DNA of 64,000 nt from Hyalangium minutum (GTDB lineage: Bacteria; Myxococcota; Myxococcia; Myxococcales; Myxococcaceae). Shown here one piece after another: positions 60,835 to 64,000 of this stretch; the first letter of the stretch is position 1, and each line of letters opens with the position of its first letter. The position numbers were made by a program, and so were the translations under genes. The stretch lies in the NCBI RefSeq assembly GCF_000737315.1, contig NZ_JMCB01000012.1:237615-301614 (forward strand). Direction: 5' to 3'. The notes below the pieces were generated by a model that worked only from the letters and a program-made list of their open reading frames with translations, was not told where the DNA came from and made no database searches.

Positions 60835-61764
60835 TCACTGGCAGAGACGCCGGAGCCAGTGTCGCATGTTGTCCTTGTTGAGGGGCGTGAACCATCCGTT
60901 GCGCTCCTCATACATGAAGGGCTCTAGCAGGTGAGCCAGCGCCTTGTACTGCGGCAGGTGCGGCTGCTTCTCAATGTCGATGGGGTCCGGCCACTCACCC
61001 AGGGTGATCAGCAGGCGCTCGCCCTCCATCGGCTCGAAGGCGACGTCCGGGAAGGCGAGCTTCGGACGCAGCCCCTCCAGTCCACCGAGCTCGCCCAGAA
61101 GTGGCTGTCCGAGGAAAGTGAGCCAGTAGGCCCCTCGGGCGCGCGTGCCGATGACCCGGCTGGTGGCACTGAGATCGTAGAGATCCAGGCCCAGGTAGCG
61201 GGGAAGCAAGCCGAGGAGTTCCTTGCGCGCGGAGTACCAAAACCCCCGTGGAGCAACAAACGCGAGGCTGGCATAGCCAAAGCTGAAGGGCAGTTCGCCC
61301 GCCAGTTGGAGCGCCAGAGCGCGCAGGTGGGCAGGACCGTGCTCCAAGAGGTATTCGGTGGGAAAGGAGAACGCCACCCCGCTGGTCGCCTCCTCGTCAT
61401 GCGAGAACATCGGATGATCGAGCCTCACACCGCAATATTCGAAATGGTAGTCGCCCGTCTCACTGGGATTATCGTCCAGTTCAACGTTCCAGCCTCCGCG
61501 TTCTGGCCCTGCTCGCTCCAGCAAGGTATGGCGAACAGCCTCCCAACCCTTGTCATCCAGCGGGAGCATGTCTCCCTCATTCGAGGCGTACCAAGACAAG
61601 GACTGCTGCGGTATGGCTCGGACATAGGTCTGCAAAGCGCGCCAGATGTCGAGAGCAATTTCTGGGTGGGAGCGGCGCATGAAAAAACAAATGACGACGC
61701 CGTCTCGTGCCGCCAAGACTCCGTCCTTCGTCCGCAGGCGGATGACAGGAATGCTCTCCCTCAT
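60835..61764 (-). CDS. DUF3396 (TsiV-like) toxin immunity protein
   Basis: FPTEYLLEHGP, LPFSFGYASL, RYLGLDL, GAYWLTFLG and GEWP motifs. Confidence 0.82.
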   Translation of the reverse strand: MRESIPVIRLRTKDGVLAARDGVVICFFMRRSHPEIALDIWRALQTYVRAIPQQSLSWYASNEGDMLPLDDKGWEAVRHTLLERAGPERGGWNVELDDNPSETGDYHFEYCGVRLDHPMFSHDEEATSGVAFSFPTEYLLEHGPAHLRALALQLAGELPFSFGYASLAFVAPRGFWYSARKELLGLLPRYLGLDLYDLSATSRVIGTRARGAYWLTFLGQPLLGELGGLEGLRPKLAFPDVAFEPMEGERLLITLGEWPDPIDIEKQPHLPQYKALAHLLEPFMYEERNGWFTPLNKDNMRHWLRRLCQ

Positions 61765-61994
61765 CGAACCATTCCGCTCTTGGGAGCAATGAGCACAGCG
61801 GGTCCCCCCAATGCGTCCTCGTAAACTCTGCGTTGATCGAGCCCCGAGTAGGCGCTGCGTTCCCTATACAGAGTCCACTGCGGACGGTTTGTATCGGGGC
61901 ACGGAAACTTGAAGTCGAATACACCCAACGCCATTCCCTCGTTTTTCCACGTGTTTTCTCCTTCCAGGGATATTTGAAGTTTGCGCCCGTTCAA
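61761..61994 (-). pseudogene. 5'-truncated C-terminus of a PD-(D/E)XK/VRR-NUC-like polymorphic toxin
   Basis: VFDFKFPCP...W..Y..Y...Q..VYEDALG; ATGA overlap with the immunity gene; no N-terminal part or RBS. Confidence 0.7.
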
Positions 61995-61996
61995 AT
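61972..61996. other. candidate recombination (att) site inverted repeat
   Basis: ATTTGAA-N11-TTCAAAT at the integrase stop codon in an AT-rich junction. Confidence 0.35.
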
Positions 61997-63099
61997 TACC
62001 CAGGACGGTTCTGCACCAAGTTGTTCACCACCTCCTGCTGCTGCTTCGCCGCCTGCCTCACCGCTGCCAGCGCGTCTCTATCCACCTCCTTACCTCGTAA
62101 GTTGTCGGCGTACAGCTGTAGGGTGTTGACGAACTTGTGGCCGGTGAGCGTCTTCGCCTTCTCCACGCCCACGGCCTTCACCGCCTCGGTGACGAAGGTG
62201 TGGCGGAAGCGGTGCCAGAGCTTGCCCGGGCGCACTCCCCGAATGGCCTTGGGGAACTCCTCCGGGCAGGCCGCGCGCAGCTTCTCCTCGAGCTTCTCCA
62301 CGTACGTGCCGTTGTAGGGGAAGATCCACCCGTACGCTTCCCCGTCCGGGCCGAGGCCGCCCGCGAGGCGACCGCGCTTGGCGCCGAAGAGCTTCTGCCC
62401 GCGCATGAGGGCCTTCCGCGTCTCCCGGAGGTAGTGCACCGTCTCCTCCGAGAGAGGGAACACGAGGCTGTTGGCGTCGTTCTTCAGCGAGTGCGGCTTC
62501 ATGAGTTTGCGGTCGCGTTGCTGCTGCACGTGCAGCTCCGGGCCGCCCTCCGCGTTCCAGCGGATGTGCCGCCACTCCACTCCCAGCGCCGTGCTCACGC
62601 GCATCCCGCCCTCGTGCCGTTGGAAGCAGAGGAAGGCTCTGGCCCGGTCATCCGGCATCGCCGCGAGCATGCGCGCCCAACTGCGCACCGGGTCTTTGAG
62701 CCCCTCCGGCTTGCGCGGCGCCGCCGGGAAGCGCTGGAAGGCCCCAGCATTCAGGAGCAGCGGCCACTTCAAGTCCCGCGCGCGCGCATACACTGTGTGC
62801 AGGTGGTCCTTCGTCATGTTGGCCGTGCCGGGCAGAATCTCCGCGCGCCCCAGGCGATCGGAGAGCCAGCCCTGGAGTTGCCCCCGGCTCGGCTTGGCGT
62901 GGTGCCCGAAGCGCTCCAGAGCCAGGCGGAAGGTGCTCGCGTAGGCCTTCTGGGTGTGGCGCTTCTGGTGCCGGAGGAAGGCCTTCTCGTACCACGCGAA
63001 GAGGGCGCCCAGCGTGGGCGTCTCCGTGAGGGGCAGTTCCTCTTGAGCCTTGGCCCGGGGCTTCTTCTTCGAGAGCGTCTTCAGGCGCTTAGTCGTCAT
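61996..63099 (-). CDS. tyrosine recombinase/integrase
   Basis: Full catalytic set: GMR (R), LKN (K), HRFRH (HxxR), TGH (H) and QLY (Y). Confidence 0.92.
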   Translation of the reverse strand: MTTKRLKTLSKKKPRAKAQEELPLTETPTLGALFAWYEKAFLRHQKRHTQKAYASTFRLALERFGHHAKPSRGQLQGWLSDRLGRAEILPGTANMTKDHLHTVYARARDLKWPLLLNAGAFQRFPAAPRKPEGLKDPVRSWARMLAAMPDDRARAFLCFQRHEGGMRVSTALGVEWRHIRWNAEGGPELHVQQQRDRKLMKPHSLKNDANSLVFPLSEETVHYLRETRKALMRGQKLFGAKRGRLAGGLGPDGEAYGWIFPYNGTYVEKLEEKLRAACPEEFPKAIRGVRPGKLWHRFRHTFVTEAVKAVGVEKAKTLTGHKFVNTLQLYADNLRGKEVDRDALAAVRQAAKQQQEVVNNLVQNRPG

Positions 63100-63481
63100 C
63101 CCGTTCCTGCCCTTCCAGCCGCGCTGAGAGTTCGTCGGCCGCCTCTCGCGTCACGTCGCTGGCCTCACTGAGCCGGGCGCGCGCCTTCAGCATTGCGGCA
63201 ACGGCTTCGAGGGCGAAGGTGGTGGGTCTACGGCCCGGCTTCCCTTCGAGCCCAGAGGGCAGCGCACGGGTGAATGCGGCCAACTCCTCGTAGGCCTTGT
63301 TGGCGTGGCCCATCGCCTTGCTGAGGTGTGCCAGGGCCTGCGCCGCCTCCTTGAGGCTCTCCTTCGTCTTCTTGCGTGCCTCGGCCGGCGTCGGTTCGTA
63401 GGCGCGGCGCTTCGTCTTCCCTTGGCCGTGCACAACGCGAAGCTCAGGAGTGTCCTTCGTCTTGTCGTTCTTCTCGCTCAT
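63089..63481 (-). CDS. small helical basic protein coupled to the integrase
   Basis: 130 aa, AGGA RBS, 11-bp overlap with the integrase start. Confidence 0.65.
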   Translation of the reverse strand: MSEKNDKTKDTPELRVVHGQGKTKRRAYEPTPAEARKKTKESLKEAAQALAHLSKAMGHANKAYEELAAFTRALPSGLEGKPGRRPTTFALEAVAAMLKARARLSEASDVTREAADELSARLEGQERDDD

Positions 63482-63575
63482 GTCTGGTGGTTCCTGTGGG
63501 GAGTGAATGGATCTTCCGGCGCGGGCTCGGCAGTGCTCCAGAGCCACGCCAGCCTGCGCACGGAGGTGGGGGGAG

Positions 63576-63983
63576 CTACTCGCTGGAGTCCTTGCGGCTG
63601 AGGCCTCTGCCGCTGTGCTCGCGGATGGCCTGCTCCTGCAGCTGCTCTTGGATTCGCCAGCTCTCCTCAACCCCCTTGCTCGTGCCCTTCAGTTCCACAT
63701 TGAAGGCGTTGAGGTACGTGTACGTAGTGGACGGCTGCTTGTGGCGGAGCATCTGGTGCAGATCCTCCTTCTCCATCGTCCCATCCAGCACCGCCTTGTA
63801 GTGGAGGACGGCGAAGGTGTGCCGGTACACGTGCCATGCATCCCCGCCGTCCACCCCGCGCACGCGCTTGGGGAAGTCCTGGGGCGACACGGCCCGGTGA
63901 ATCGTATCTGTTCGCCGTGCCCCGTCGTGACGAGGTGCTCCCCGGTGTGACACCTCATGGGCTCCAGACGAGGAGGAGTCCAT
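63576..63983 (-). pseudogene. second tyrosine recombinase, C-terminal portion
   Basis: FPKRVRGV..WHVYRHTF..LRHK..TYTY; recognisable similarity fades upstream of about 63905 although the frame stays open to the window edge. Confidence 0.65.
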
Positions 63984-64000
63984 GGAGAAGGAGTTGGAGC

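Larger units (their letters stand above)
61940..64000 (-). mobile_element. end of an integrated element (prophage/ICE-like)
   Basis: Integrase transcribed toward an AT-rich junction that truncates a toxin gene. Confidence 0.6.

Noticed and set aside
63765-63993. 12-bp inverted match ATGGAGAAGGAG (63765-63776 vs 63982-63993)
   Set aside because: Both encode MEKE in purine-rich coding context; probably chance rather than an invertible-segment boundary.

Overview
High-GC myxobacterial (Cystobacteraceae-like) chromosomal window, inferred from the MYXO-CTERM sorting tail, sigma54 two-component systems, many lipoproteins and DUF3396 toxin-immunity genes. Core genes: menB, glutathione reductase, a complete Rrf2-sufBCDSUT Fe-S operon, hemW, an M16 peptidase, prmA and a LivJ-type binding protein. 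Signalling: a lipoprotein/HK/sigma54-EBP operon facing a clear sigma54 promoter, a Ser/Thr kinase, a stand-alone GAF protein, and a recently duplicated REC-HK pair around a PAS kinase. Accessory DNA: a surface protein with about 10 ELWxxDGT repeats and 13 HYR domains; two Rpn-like PD-(D/E)XK nuclease genes sharing a leaderless-type promoter and an internal SD-led start; a small island with an HNH nuclease and a 169-bp IS3 derivative; and a TAT DUF1501-like protein paired with a diheme CBM lipoprotein. At the right end, a tyrosine-recombinase element with two related recombinases abuts a 5'-truncated toxin tip and an intact DUF3396 immunity gene. No rRNA, tRNA or CRISPR array was seen. All family assignments come from motif recognition by eye; no database search was run.
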